A stretch of 64,000 bases of DNA. It comes from Acidimicrobiales bacterium. GTDB lineage: Bacteria > Actinomycetota > Acidimicrobiia > Acidimicrobiales > JBBSGY01. Shown in pieces: positions 18,421 through 27,768 of the stretch. The DNA is taken from positions 8,126 to 72,125 of the forward strand of contig JBGAQY010000010.1 of NCBI GenBank assembly GCA_044220495.1, read 5' to 3'. The notes under the pieces were generated by a model. That model saw only the letters and a list, made by a program, of their open reading frames with translations, did not search any database and was not told the DNA's origin. A program made the position numbers and the translations under genes. Within the stretch, counting starts at the first letter, position 1. Every line of letters begins with the position of its first letter.

Positions 18421-18780
18421 ATGGCAATCATTCGTGCGAGTTGTCCAGAATGCGGTGATGTTGAACTCACGAGTCGTGATGTCACTGTTCGCGTGAACTC
18501 AACAACCAACGAGGGTTCCTACGCATTCCAGTGCCCCGAGTGCCAGCTCGCCGTCTCGAAGGCCGCCGAGCCCCGCATCATCGACTTGCTGGTTTCGTCA
18601 GGCGTCGAGCTCTACGTGTGGACATTGCCCGCCGAATTGCTCGAACCACGCGTTGGCCCGACCATCACCTACGACGACCTGTTGACCTTCCACTACGACA
18701 TCCAGAAAGACAACTGGCTCGAACACTTGATGAGCACAGCTAACGACCCGTCGCTGATGTCAGGCAGGGAAGAAGTATGA
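18421..18780 (+). CDS. Conserved hypothetical zinc-ribbon protein
   Basis: The CPECG...CPEC pair lies in the first 60 aa. ATG 18421 is preferred over the upstream GTG 18313 extension. Confidence 0.6.
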   Translation: MAIIRASCPECGDVELTSRDVTVRVNSTTNEGSYAFQCPECQLAVSKAAEPRIIDLLVSSGVELYVWTLPAELLEPRVGPTITYDDLLTFHYDIQKDNWLEHLMSTANDPSLMSGREEV

Positions 18781-18893
18781 GCATCGCTCTCGCCGCCTTC
18801 TTCTTGACCGCTTTGGTCGGTGGACTCGTTGCCAAGAGTGAGCCCGAAGCCCAGCCTGCTGAGGTTGTCGTCAAGGTCACCGAAGAGTCCTAG
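18777..18893 (+). CDS. Candidate 38-aa small membrane protein
   Basis: MSIALAAFFLTALVGGLVAKSEPEAQPAEVVVKVTEES. The ATG overlaps the upstream stop (ATGA). One hydrophobic helix. A strong terminator follows. Below the ORF-track size cutoff. Confidence 0.4.
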   Translation: MSIALAAFFLTALVGGLVAKSEPEAQPAEVVVKVTEES

Positions 18894-18918
18894 ACATCCC
18901 TTCGAAAACAATCGTTCA

Positions 18919-18957
18919 AAGTGCCGTCACCTATTGGTGGCGGCACTTTTGTTTTGT
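18919..18957 (+). terminator. Rho-independent terminator
   Basis: 12-bp stem AGTGCCGTCACC/GGTGGCGGCACT (one G:T), loop TATT, followed by TTTTGTTTTG. Confidence 0.7.
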
Positions 18958-19088
18958 CGGGGCGGTTGGGGGATTTAGGGATGATTTAGAACAGTTGTCA
19001 CTCAGAAACGTTTCGTAACCAGGTCACTTTGCGCCAAAGTAGAGGTAATCGCTGAATCAGCAGCCGAACCCGTGGAGAGCCCGAAGCT

Positions 19089-20924
19089 ATGACCGTTCAA
19101 GCGTCACGCGACATCGACACCGAGCCCACTGTTGTGGGCGTCCCGACAAAGAACGCTCGACTTCTCTCGTGGGTACGTGAGATCGCAACGCTCACCAAGC
19201 CCGACCGCGTCGAATGGTGCGACGGTTCGCAAGAAGAGTGGGATCGCTTGACGCAGCTGCTCGTCGACAACGGCACCTTCTTGAAACTCAACGAAGCCAA
19301 ACGACCCAACAGTTTTTACGCCACGTCTGATCCCACTGACGTTGCTCGCGTTGAAGATCGCACTTACATCTGTTCCGAAAAAGAAGCCGACGCCGGACCA
19401 ACCAACAATTGGATGGCCCCATCTGAGATGCGCACAACGTTGAACGGATTGTTCGACGGCTGTATGCGCGGTCGCACGATGTACGTGGTTCCGTTCTGCA
19501 TGGGCCCGCTCGGTTCAAAGATCAGTCAGCTCGGTGTCGAGATCACTGACTCGCCTTATGTCGTTGTTTCAATGCGCGTGATGACGCGCATGGGCACCGC
19601 AGCGCTCGAACAGATTGGCGACGACGGTTTCTTCGTTCCCGCCGTTCACAGTGTTGGGGCGCCGCTTACAAGTGGGCAAGCCGATGTGAAGTGGCCGTGC
19701 AACGACACCAAGTACATCGTCCACTACCCAGAAACGCGCGAGATCTGGAGCTTCGGGTCTGGGTATGGCGGCAACGCCCTGTTGGGCAAGAAGTGTTTCG
19801 CGCTCCGAATCGCAAGCGTCATGGCGCGCGACGAGGGCTGGATGGCCGAGCACATGCTCATCCTCAAGCTCACCGCACCCAACGGTGACGTGAAGTACGT
19901 GACCGCTGCGTTCCCAAGTGCGTGCGGCAAGACCAACCTCGCGATGCTCGAGCCAACTATCCCCGGCTACAAGGTCGAGACGGTTGGCGACGACATTTGT
20001 TGGATGCGTTTCGGTGAAGACGGTCGTCTGTACGCGATCAATCCTGAGGCGGGTTTCTTTGGCGTTGCGCCAGGCACCGGCGACGACACAAACGCAAACG
20101 CAGTGCGCACCTTTTACGGAAACTCCATCTTCACCAACGTTGCCCTTACTGACGACGGCGACGTTTGGTGGGAAGGTCTCACACACGAACCTCCCGCCCA
20201 TCTCACTGATTGGCGAGGCAACGACTGGACACCGGCCACCGAAACACCGGCCGCGCACCCAAACGCGCGCTTCACAACGCCGGCAGGGCAGTGTCCGACG
20301 ATTGCACCCGAGTGGGAAGATCCAAAAGGCGTGCCGATTTCGGCGATCTTGTTTGGCGGACGTCGCGCGACAGCGGTTCCACTTGTCACCGAATCGTTCG
20401 ACTGGGGCCACGGCGTATTCCTTGGCTCGACCGTCTCGTCAGAAACAACTGCAGCCGCGACTGGTGCAATTGGTCAGTTGCGTCGCGACCCCTTCGCCAT
20501 GCTTCCGTTCTGCGGATACAACATGGGCGACTACATGGCTCACTGGCTCGACATCGGCGATGCAACCACGCCCGACAAACTGCCGAAGATTTATTACGTC
20601 AACTGGTTCCGCAAGAGCGCCGACGGCAAGTTCCTGTGGCCGGGCTTCGGTGAAAATTCGCGCGTTCTCGAGTGGATCATGAAGCGGCTCGAAGGTCGCG
20701 CTGATGGTCTTGAGACCGCAATTGGAATCGTTCCAACGCCGGCCGCGCTGAACGTCGACGGGCTCGACATGTCATCCGCTGATCTCGACGAACTGCTGTC
20801 GGTCGATAACGAGATTTGGCAACAAGAGGCCGCGCTCATCCCTGAGTTCTTTGCTCAGTTCGGATCACACCTGCCTGAGGTTCTTCAGGCCGAGCACGCA
20901 AACTTGGTGAAACGCCTGAGCTAA
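19089..20924 (+). CDS. pckG: Phosphoenolpyruvate carboxykinase (GTP)
   Basis: 611 aa with the kinase-1a-like FPSACGKTN and [26 protein letters not shown], typical of GTP-PEPCK. Confidence 0.9.
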   Translation: MTVQASRDIDTEPTVVGVPTKNARLLSWVREIATLTKPDRVEWCDGSQEEWDRLTQLLVDNGTFLKLNEAKRPNSFYATSDPTDVARVEDRTYICSEKEADAGPTNNWMAPSEMRTTLNGLFDGCMRGRTMYVVPFCMGPLGSKISQLGVEITDSPYVVVSMRVMTRMGTAALEQIGDDGFFVPAVHSVGAPLTSGQADVKWPCNDTKYIVHYPETREIWSFGSGYGGNALLGKKCFALRIASVMARDEGWMAEHMLILKLTAPNGDVKYVTAAFPSACGKTNLAMLEPTIPGYKVETVGDDICWMRFGEDGRLYAINPEAGFFGVAPGTGDDTNANAVRTFYGNSIFTNVALTDDGDVWWEGLTHEPPAHLTDWRGNDWTPATETPAAHPNARFTTPAGQCPTIAPEWEDPKGVPISAILFGGRRATAVPLVTESFDWGHGVFLGSTVSSETTAAATGAIGQLRRDPFAMLPFCGYNMGDYMAHWLDIGDATTPDKLPKIYYVNWFRKSADGKFLWPGFGENSRVLEWIMKRLEGRADGLETAIGIVPTPAALNVDGLDMSSADLDELLSVDNEIWQQEAALIPEFFAQFGSHLPEVLQAEHANLVKRLS

Positions 20925-20987
20925 CGCGCTGCTGGGGGCCCACCCCACGCCTGGGGCATGCAGCTTGGCGCCCGCCGCATGGCGCCC

Positions 20988-21057
20988 TTTCAACTACGCG
21001 ATATGACCAAAACATGGCCTGTTTGGCTGCCGATTTGGCTTTATCGCGTGGGTGAGA
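20988..21057. repeat. Palindromic intergenic element, copy d
   Basis: TTTCAACTACGCGATATGACCAAA ... TTTGGCTTTATCGCGTGGGTGA. The left arm is identical to that of copy e. Confidence 0.85.
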
Positions 21058-21099
21058 GGTGGTCCCGTGCGAAGTGAGGTGTCTAAGTAGACTGCGCTG

Positions 21100-21492
21100 G
21101 TGTCTCTAGGAACTCCAGAAATAGTGGTCTGCGTCATTGTGGCGCTGCTCGTTCTGGGGCCAGACAAGTTGCCCCAGGCAGCGCGTCAAGTCGGACGAAC
21201 GATTGCTGAGTTCAAGAAGTTTTCGGCCGGGCTGCAAGCTCAGGTCAACGACATGATCTCGGTCGACGACAACTCGTCTGAAAAGAAGCCTGATGGCACG
21301 TCTGAAAACACCAACGCCGAGCAACCAGCACCCGACCGCGATCACGTGGCTGATCTCACCAGGCCGCACCCCAATCCGGAGGGTTTCAAGCTCATCGACG
21401 AACCCTCGACAACACGTGAGGCGGAGGGCGGTTCTGATGGGGTCCGGCCTGATCCTGCGCAAGACGCTCGAGCGAGAGACGCAGAGCATTAA
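21100..21492 (+). CDS. tatA: Twin-arginine translocase TatA/TatB-family protein
   Basis: N-terminal TM plus amphipathic helix (GTPEIVVCVIVALLVLGPDKLPQAARQVGR). The long acidic tail makes a TatB-like role possible. Confidence 0.8.
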   Translation: MSLGTPEIVVCVIVALLVLGPDKLPQAARQVGRTIAEFKKFSAGLQAQVNDMISVDDNSSEKKPDGTSENTNAEQPAPDRDHVADLTRPHPNPEGFKLIDEPSTTREAEGGSDGVRPDPAQDARARDAEH

Positions 21493-22301
21493 TGGCGATT
21501 GCTTCGAGGCCGCGCCTGGCGCGTGCGCGCAACAGAATGAAGACAGACGCAGCGGGCGGTGTCACGGGCGATATGCCGTTGGTTGCCCATCTGGCCGAGC
21601 TTCGACGGCGACTATTCATCTGCGTCATTGCCGTTGTGTTGTGCACCGTTGGCGCGTTCTTCTTTTGGGATCGCGTTCTCGATGTTGCAACCGATCCGTA
21701 TTGTCGGGCCCAGGCAGCAAGGGGAGTGACCGAAGTCGTTGGCGGGTCGTCGTGTCAGCTGTATATAAGCAATCCGGTCGAGCTATTCACCACACGATTG
21801 ACGGTGTCTGGATACATCGGGCTCTTTATCTCGTCACCCATCATTCTGTGGCAACTCTGGATGTTCATCACACCGGGTCTGCAGCGCAAAGAGCGTCGCT
21901 ACGCGTTGCCGTTTGTCGTGAGTTCAGTGTTGTTGTTCTCACTTGGATGCATAACTGCGTGGCTGACCTTTCCGCGGGCGATCGCATTCTTCTTGGCAGT
22001 TGGCGGCGACCAGATACAGACGTTGTTCAACCCGGCGCCTTATCTGCGCCTGATCTTCTTGATGATGTTGATCTTCGGCGCAGTCTTTGAGTTTCCACTG
22101 CTGCTGGTCTCGTTGCAGCTCGCAGGCGTGGTGGGCAGTCAGAAGTTGCGAGCGTGGCGGCGTCAGGCAATCGTTGCCAACACCGTGATCGCTGCTGTTG
22201 CGACACCCAGTCAAGACCCTTACAGCATGGCCGCCATGGCTATTCCGCTAATCATCTTCTACGAGGTTGCGATCATCATCGGACGAGTGCTGAAGAAGTG
22301 A
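21492..22301 (+). CDS. tatC: Twin-arginine translocase subunit TatC
   Basis: MPLVAHLAELRRRL motif and six predicted TM segments. TAATG overlap with tatA. An internal start at the MPLV Met is possible. Confidence 0.85.
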   Translation: MAIASRPRLARARNRMKTDAAGGVTGDMPLVAHLAELRRRLFICVIAVVLCTVGAFFFWDRVLDVATDPYCRAQAARGVTEVVGGSSCQLYISNPVELFTTRLTVSGYIGLFISSPIILWQLWMFITPGLQRKERRYALPFVVSSVLLFSLGCITAWLTFPRAIAFFLAVGGDQIQTLFNPAPYLRLIFLMMLIFGAVFEFPLLLVSLQLAGVVGSQKLRAWRRQAIVANTVIAAVATPSQDPYSMAAMAIPLIIFYEVAIIIGRVLKK

Positions 22302-24952
22302 CTGACGTCGTTTCGCGCAAGCAAACGCGCACTGCTTTTCTCTCTCGCCGCCCCTTTGCCCTCGACGCGTTCCAGGTTGAAGCGATGGACGCAATCGACG
22401 CCGGTGATTCGGTGTTGGTGGCGGCGCCGACAGGATCGGGCAAGACCTTGGTTGCCGAGTACGCAGTTGCGGTGGCGTTGGCCGAGGGCGAGAAGGTCTT
22501 CTACACAACGCCACTCAAAGCGCTCTCGAATCAGAAGTATCACGACCTCGTTCGCGCTCATGGCGCCAACAACGTGGGTCTGCTCACCGGTGACAACGTG
22601 ATCAACGGTGACGCGCCAGCTGTCGTCATGACCACTGAAGTCTTGCGCAACATGATCTACGCGAACTCGCCGGCCCTGGAACGTTTGCGGTTCGTGGTGC
22701 TCGACGAGGTTCACTATCTACAGAACGCGTATCGCGGTCCGGTGTGGGAAGAAGTGATTATCCACTCGCCGCCTGAAGTCACACTCGTTTGTTTGTCAGC
22801 AACCGTGTCGAACGCAGAAGAGTTGACCGACTGGATCAAGACGGTGCGCGGTTCGACCGTGCCCATCATTGAAGAGCGCCGTCCTGTCACACTCGAACAG
22901 CACTATCTCGTCGCAACGCGTGGCAACGACCAACTCACAATGCTCGACACATTTACGTCGGGCGGACGACCCAACCCCCAGGCAACGGCAATCGATTCGC
23001 GACAACTAGCGAAGCCGTGGCAACGTCCGGCCAACAAGAGCCCACACGCAACACCAATGCGCACCGATGTCGTCGACCATCTGCAGGGCGCCGCTATGTT
23101 GCCGGCGATCTATTTCATCTTCAGCCGCAATGCCTGCGACGACGCCGTTCGGCAGTGCCTGAACGCCGGAATCCGACTCACCGCTGACGGCGAACGCGAG
23201 CGCATTCGTGCGATCGCCGAGAGCAAAGTCGAAACCCTGTCTGACGAAGACCTGCGCGTGCTCGGTTATGGCGAGTGGCTGGCCGCCCTCGAGCAAGGCA
23301 TCGCCGCGCACCACGCAGGCATGGTGCCGCCGTTCAAAGAAGCCGTTGAGGATTGCTTCGCCGAGGCGTTGGTAAAGGTTGTGTTCGCCACCGAGACTCT
23401 TGCTCTCGGCATCAATATGCCGGCGCGCACTGTCGTCATTGAGAAACTGTCGAAGTTCACGGGCGAGCGCCACGAGTTTCTGACGCCCGGTGAATACACA
23501 CAGCTAACCGGCCGCGCTGGTCGCCGCGGCATCGACGACGTCGGACACGCTGTTGTTCTGTGGTCGCCGTTTGTTGCTTTCGAGCAAGTAGCAAGCCTCG
23601 CATCTACGCGCACCTACACGCTGACGTCGTCGTTCCGGCCCACTTACAACATGGCCGCCAACCTGGTGCGGCGATATCCCGCCGATGTTGCCCACCACTT
23701 GCTCAACCTTTCGTTCGCTCAGTACCGAGCCGACTCCGATGTCGTACGTCTCGAACGTCAACTCGAAAAGGCAGGCGAGCGTATTGCTCAAGCCGAAACG
23801 CGCGTGCACTGCGACTTTGGTGATGTGCGCGAATGGAAGGCAGTCACCGACGCAGCAGTCGACGACGAGAAAAGAGACTCGGCCGAATTCATTGCCAAAG
23901 CCATCTCAAATCTGAAGATCGGTGATGTCATTGCTGACCCCGGCGCACAAGGTGTCCGCCACGTTCTGATCGTCTCAACGAGCCAAAGACGTGGGCATGA
24001 CATCCGCCTGGGTGTAATGACGCGCGAGGGCCGACGCTTCACGCTCACCACTCGCGATTTCGCGGTTGCACCTCACCGTGCAAAACACATCGACTTACCC
24101 AAGCCTTACAACCCCGGCAATCGCGAGTTCGCAAAACGCGCCGCCTCACAGCTACGCGATCTCGTCGAAGGTGAAGACGAAGAGTTCATACCCAAAGGGC
24201 AGGTGCGCCCCTCTGGTGCCGCGTTGTGTCCTGATTTCAAGCGCCACTTGAAGGCCCTCGCCGATGTCGAGCGCTTGATACGCGAGCGAAACCGGCTCGA
24301 AGAACGGGTAAAGAGTCGCGCCGAATCGTTGGCCCGACAGTTCGATCGCGTGCTCGCGTTACTACGTCAACTCGAATACGTCGACGGATGGAGCCTCACC
24401 CCAAGCGGACAGAGCTTGGCGCGTGTGTATCACGAGGCCGACTTGTTGATCGTTGAGTGCTTGCGCAACGGATCGCTCGACAATCTTGACGCGCCGACCG
24501 TTGCATCTCTGGCATCGACGTTCACTTATGAAACCAGGGGACCAGGCGGCAGCGGACCGACCCCGTACTTTCACACCAAGAAAGAGAACGAGCGCTGGCT
24601 CGAAATCGAAGAGACGTGGAAGCAGCTCACCGCCCACGAACTCGAAGCCGGCTTGCCGATCACCAAAGCGCCTGATGCCGGGTTCTGTGCATTCGCTTAC
24701 GCGTGGGTCGCCGGACACGATCTTGCCGACATCCTCGGCGATGAAGATCTCTCTGGTGGTGACTTCGTCAGAAATGCCAAACAGCTGATCGACCTGCTCC
24801 GCCAAATCGGCGATGTGGCACTCTCACCAGCTACATCGGCGGCCGCTCGCGAGGCAGCTGACCGGCTGTTCCACGGCATCGTCGCCGCCTCGGCCGTGAC
24901 AAGTGGGCCCGACGATGCCGACGCTTCAACAGCCCCGTCGCAACAAGCCTGA
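22298..24952 (+). CDS. helY: Ski2-like DEAD/DEAH-box helicase HelY
   Basis: AAPTGSGKT (motif I), VLDEVHYL (motif II) and SAT (motif III), plus a long C-terminal DSHCT-like region. GTG 22298 overlaps the tatC stop (GTGA). The ORF-track start at 22154 lies inside tatC. Confidence 0.85.
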   Translation: MTDVVSRKQTRTAFLSRRPFALDAFQVEAMDAIDAGDSVLVAAPTGSGKTLVAEYAVAVALAEGEKVFYTTPLKALSNQKYHDLVRAHGANNVGLLTGDNVINGDAPAVVMTTEVLRNMIYANSPALERLRFVVLDEVHYLQNAYRGPVWEEVIIHSPPEVTLVCLSATVSNAEELTDWIKTVRGSTVPIIEERRPVTLEQHYLVATRGNDQLTMLDTFTSGGRPNPQATAIDSRQLAKPWQRPANKSPHATPMRTDVVDHLQGAAMLPAIYFIFSRNACDDAVRQCLNAGIRLTADGERERIRAIAESKVETLSDEDLRVLGYGEWLAALEQGIAAHHAGMVPPFKEAVEDCFAEALVKVVFATETLALGINMPARTVVIEKLSKFTGERHEFLTPGEYTQLTGRAGRRGIDDVGHAVVLWSPFVAFEQVASLASTRTYTLTSSFRPTYNMAANLVRRYPADVAHHLLNLSFAQYRADSDVVRLERQLEKAGERIAQAETRVHCDFGDVREWKAVTDAAVDDEKRDSAEFIAKAISNLKIGDVIADPGAQGVRHVLIVSTSQRRGHDIRLGVMTREGRRFTLTTRDFAVAPHRAKHIDLPKPYNPGNREFAKRAASQLRDLVEGEDEEFIPKGQVRPSGAALCPDFKRHLKALADVERLIRERNRLEERVKSRAESLARQFDRVLALLRQLEYVDGWSLTPSGQSLARVYHEADLLIVECLRNGSLDNLDAPTVASLASTFTYETRGPGGSGPTPYFHTKKENERWLEIEETWKQLTAHELEAGLPITKAPDAGFCAFAYAWVAGHDLADILGDEDLSGGDFVRNAKQLIDLLRQIGDVALSPATSAAAREAADRLFHGIVAASAVTSGPDDADASTAPSQQA

Positions 24953-25027
24953 TACGAGGCTCACCACCACAAATTTGGGCCTCCTTGGTCCGCGTGACCC
25001 CGGCCAACTGCTCCTAGGCTTAGCTGC

Positions 25028-26656
25028 GTGTCAGTACCTCCCGCCGCTGTCTATTCGACTGAAGATTTCACCGCCGATGAAGAGGCCATCCTCCGCCGTT
25101 ACTTCACCAATCTCGATGAGCCCGTCTTCGCTCTCGTAAACTTGCCCGAGGTCGTGAAGGGCGCTCTGTTTGCTCGCTATTCACGCACTCACAAGAGTCT
25201 GCGTCGCCTCTTCCTCGACGAGTTTGTCGGCGACCTCGACATGAGTGGTGATCTCACAGTTGACGCGACCGTCGGCGTCGATCGCGCTGAGAAGCTTTAC
25301 GACCGCGTCTTCTTCGAATACGGCGACGACTCAGTTGCGCAACTCGGTGGAGTTCACCTTGCCTGCGAGCAAGCGTCGATCGTGCTCACCAAGATCCTTG
25401 AGTGGGGTCGCCTTATGGCCTATCTCGAGCAAAGCACGCGCTACATCGCGTATGACGATCGCCTCGCGAACGGCCGCTACCGCTACTACCGCGACCCCGA
25501 GATTCTCGATTCACCCTTAGGTGCTCGCTACATCGGCGACATGGATCGCATGTTCGACACCTACGCCGAACTTCTGAGCCCCATGCAAGCGCATTTCGCG
25601 CAAGTCTTTCCGAAGGCACCAGGCGACTCAGACTTTGTGCACCGCGCCTCGATCAAGGCTCGAGCGTTTGACGCAATCCGTGGGCTCTTGCCCGCAGCGA
25701 CCGTTTCAAATGTCGGCGTCTACGGCACGGGCCAGGGATACGAAGCGATGATCTTGCGGATGCGGGCGCACCCAATGCCCGAGGTGCGCGACTACGCAGG
25801 GTTGATGCTCAAAGAACTGCGCAAGGTTGTGCCGTCGTTTCTGAAACGCGTTGACCGTCCAGATCGTGGCGGTGCGTGGTCGGCATACCTCGAAACCAAT
25901 CGCGTGATGATGGAAGAAGTCACAGACGCGCTGCTTGGCAACGACACACCGGCCGAAACACCCTTTGTGCAACTGACTGACTTCGATCCTGAGGGCGAAG
26001 ACAAGATGATTGCGGCAATGCTGTACCCCTTCTCACACTTGCCCGAGTCGCAAATTTTGGCGCGCGTCGAGAAGATGAGCGGCGAAGAGAAGGCTCAAGT
26101 CGCACGTACATACTCCGGACAGCGCTCTAATCGCCGCCACAAGCCCGGCCGAGCCCTCGAGCGGCTCGACTACCGATTCGACGTTTGCTCCGACTACGGA
26201 GCGTTTCGCGACCTCCAGCGCCACCGCATGTTGACGATTGAGTGGCAAGACCTTTCGCCCAACAACGGCTACAACATGCCCGACGCCATCAGTGCAGCGA
26301 AGCTCGAAGGTCGCTGGGAAGAAGCAATGGGGCGCTCAGCCGATCTGTATCACGCGCTGACAGAAAGCTTCCCGGCGCAAGCCAGCTACGCAGTTTCTTT
26401 GGCGTACCGCATCCGCTACACGATGCAGTTCAATGCGCGTGAAGCAATGCACATGTTGGAACTCAGAACGAGTCCGCAGGGCCACCCCGAGTACCGACGG
26501 ATATGCCAAGAAATGCATCGTCTTATTGCCGAACAGGCTGGTCATCACATCGTTGCCGAGTTGATGGCCTACGTCGACCACGAGGATTACGAACTTGGTC
26601 GACTCGATGCCGAGCGACGCGCCGAAGAGCGCCGAAACAACTCGACCACTGCCTGA
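25028..26656 (+). CDS. Double-length ThyX-like (Thy1-fold) FAD-dependent thymidylate synthase homolog
   Basis: 542 aa. A ThyX-like signature segment FRDLQRHRMLT lies in the C-terminal half. About twice the length of canonical ThyX. Confidence 0.6.
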   Translation: MSVPPAAVYSTEDFTADEEAILRRYFTNLDEPVFALVNLPEVVKGALFARYSRTHKSLRRLFLDEFVGDLDMSGDLTVDATVGVDRAEKLYDRVFFEYGDDSVAQLGGVHLACEQASIVLTKILEWGRLMAYLEQSTRYIAYDDRLANGRYRYYRDPEILDSPLGARYIGDMDRMFDTYAELLSPMQAHFAQVFPKAPGDSDFVHRASIKARAFDAIRGLLPAATVSNVGVYGTGQGYEAMILRMRAHPMPEVRDYAGLMLKELRKVVPSFLKRVDRPDRGGAWSAYLETNRVMMEEVTDALLGNDTPAETPFVQLTDFDPEGEDKMIAAMLYPFSHLPESQILARVEKMSGEEKAQVARTYSGQRSNRRHKPGRALERLDYRFDVCSDYGAFRDLQRHRMLTIEWQDLSPNNGYNMPDAISAAKLEGRWEEAMGRSADLYHALTESFPAQASYAVSLAYRIRYTMQFNAREAMHMLELRTSPQGHPEYRRICQEMHRLIAEQAGHHIVAELMAYVDHEDYELGRLDAERRAEERRNNSTTA

Positions 26657-26733
26657 CCGACGCGCAAACGCGCTTGCAGGGTCAATGAACGTCTCCTAAC
26701 CTGCCTCGCTCGGGGGCGGAGGAAGGTAAACGC

Positions 26734-27696
26734 ATGCGTTCATTTCCTGACTCTACAAGGTCAAAGGCGCGACTCGCCTTGTTGTCGCTGCCTGACTTCG
26801 CCGACTCTTCACACCGGCTGCGCCGGACGCTGCGCGCAAACCCTCCATCTCATCGAGGCCGGCACTTCGCCGGGGCTCTGGTTGCTTTCAGCGCTATGGC
26901 CATCTTCCAGTTCGACGGCACGGCCCACGCAGCGTCGACCAAGGCAGTCACGACGTCGTCAAAACGAGCCGCCGTTGCTCCGACGCCTACGCCGTCACGC
27001 ACGCCTGTTGACGCCGTGATCACCTACACGATCAAGAACGGCGACACACTGTCGGGGATTGCCGCCAAGAACGGTCTCTCGGTGCCAGCACTTGCCACCG
27101 TTAACGGGATCAACAACCACAACAAGATCGTGGCCGGCCGACAGTTGCTCATCCCCGTAACAGCAACCAACGCAACCGCCGCAAAAGCAACGGCAGCCAA
27201 GGTGACCACGAAGAGCGTCGCCCTGCCCGCGAAGGTTGCTCAGGTAAGCGTGAAGCCAAGTCCGGGTCAGGCTTTGCCACAGGATCTCCTAAACAACCCC
27301 GCTCGGGCCCGACTGCTGCCGCACTTCAAGCAAGCAGCTCAGGCCTATGGAGTTCCGCTGGAACTCTTGCAGTCGATGGCGTGGCAAGAGTCAGGCTGGC
27401 AAAACCAAGTCGTATCAAACACCGGAGCGGTTGGCGTCGGTCAACTGATGCCAGCAACAGTCGACTTCGTAAATGAAGTGTTGCTAACAAAACCGCTCGA
27501 CCCGAACGTTCCCGAACAAAACGTACGCATGAGCGCCGCGTTCTTGCGTTACTTGCTCGATCAAACGAACGGCGACCACAAACTTGCGCTTGCTTCGTAT
27601 TACCAAGGGCTTGGTTCGGTGCGTCGCATTGGCTTGTATGACGACACGCAACAATACGTTCAAAGTGTGCTCGCCGTGCAGGCGCGCTGGTTCTAG
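26734..27696 (+). CDS. Secreted LysM-domain lytic transglycosylase (SLT domain)
   Basis: Signal-like segment, LysM (YTIKNGDTLSGIAAKNGLSVPALATVNGI) and the SLT catalytic region (MAWQESGWQ ... GVGQLMP). RBS GGAGGAAGG. Confidence 0.8.
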   Translation: MRSFPDSTRSKARLALLSLPDFADSSHRLRRTLRANPPSHRGRHFAGALVAFSAMAIFQFDGTAHAASTKAVTTSSKRAAVAPTPTPSRTPVDAVITYTIKNGDTLSGIAAKNGLSVPALATVNGINNHNKIVAGRQLLIPVTATNATAAKATAAKVTTKSVALPAKVAQVSVKPSPGQALPQDLLNNPARARLLPHFKQAAQAYGVPLELLQSMAWQESGWQNQVVSNTGAVGVGQLMPATVDFVNEVLLTKPLDPNVPEQNVRMSAAFLRYLLDQTNGDHKLALASYYQGLGSVRRIGLYDDTQQYVQSVLAVQARWF

Positions 27697-27727
27697 TAGC
27701 ACACAATTCTCAACCTGCATGACAAAC

Positions 27728-27768
27728 AAAAGTGCCCGTCAATTGGACACTTTTCGAGATTTTTTTGT
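27728..27768 (+). terminator. Possible intrinsic terminator after the LysM/SLT gene
   Basis: AAAAGTGCCC-gtcaatt-GGACACTTTT hairpin (one mismatch), followed by a T-rich run (TTTTCGAGATTTTTTT). Confidence 0.4.

Noticed and set aside
26657-26733. c-di-AMP (ydaO-type) riboswitch upstream of the LysM/SLT cell-wall hydrolase gene.
   Set aside because: The gap is only 77 nt, ends in a normal GGAGGAAGG RBS, and shows none of the conserved ydaO core segments I can recall.
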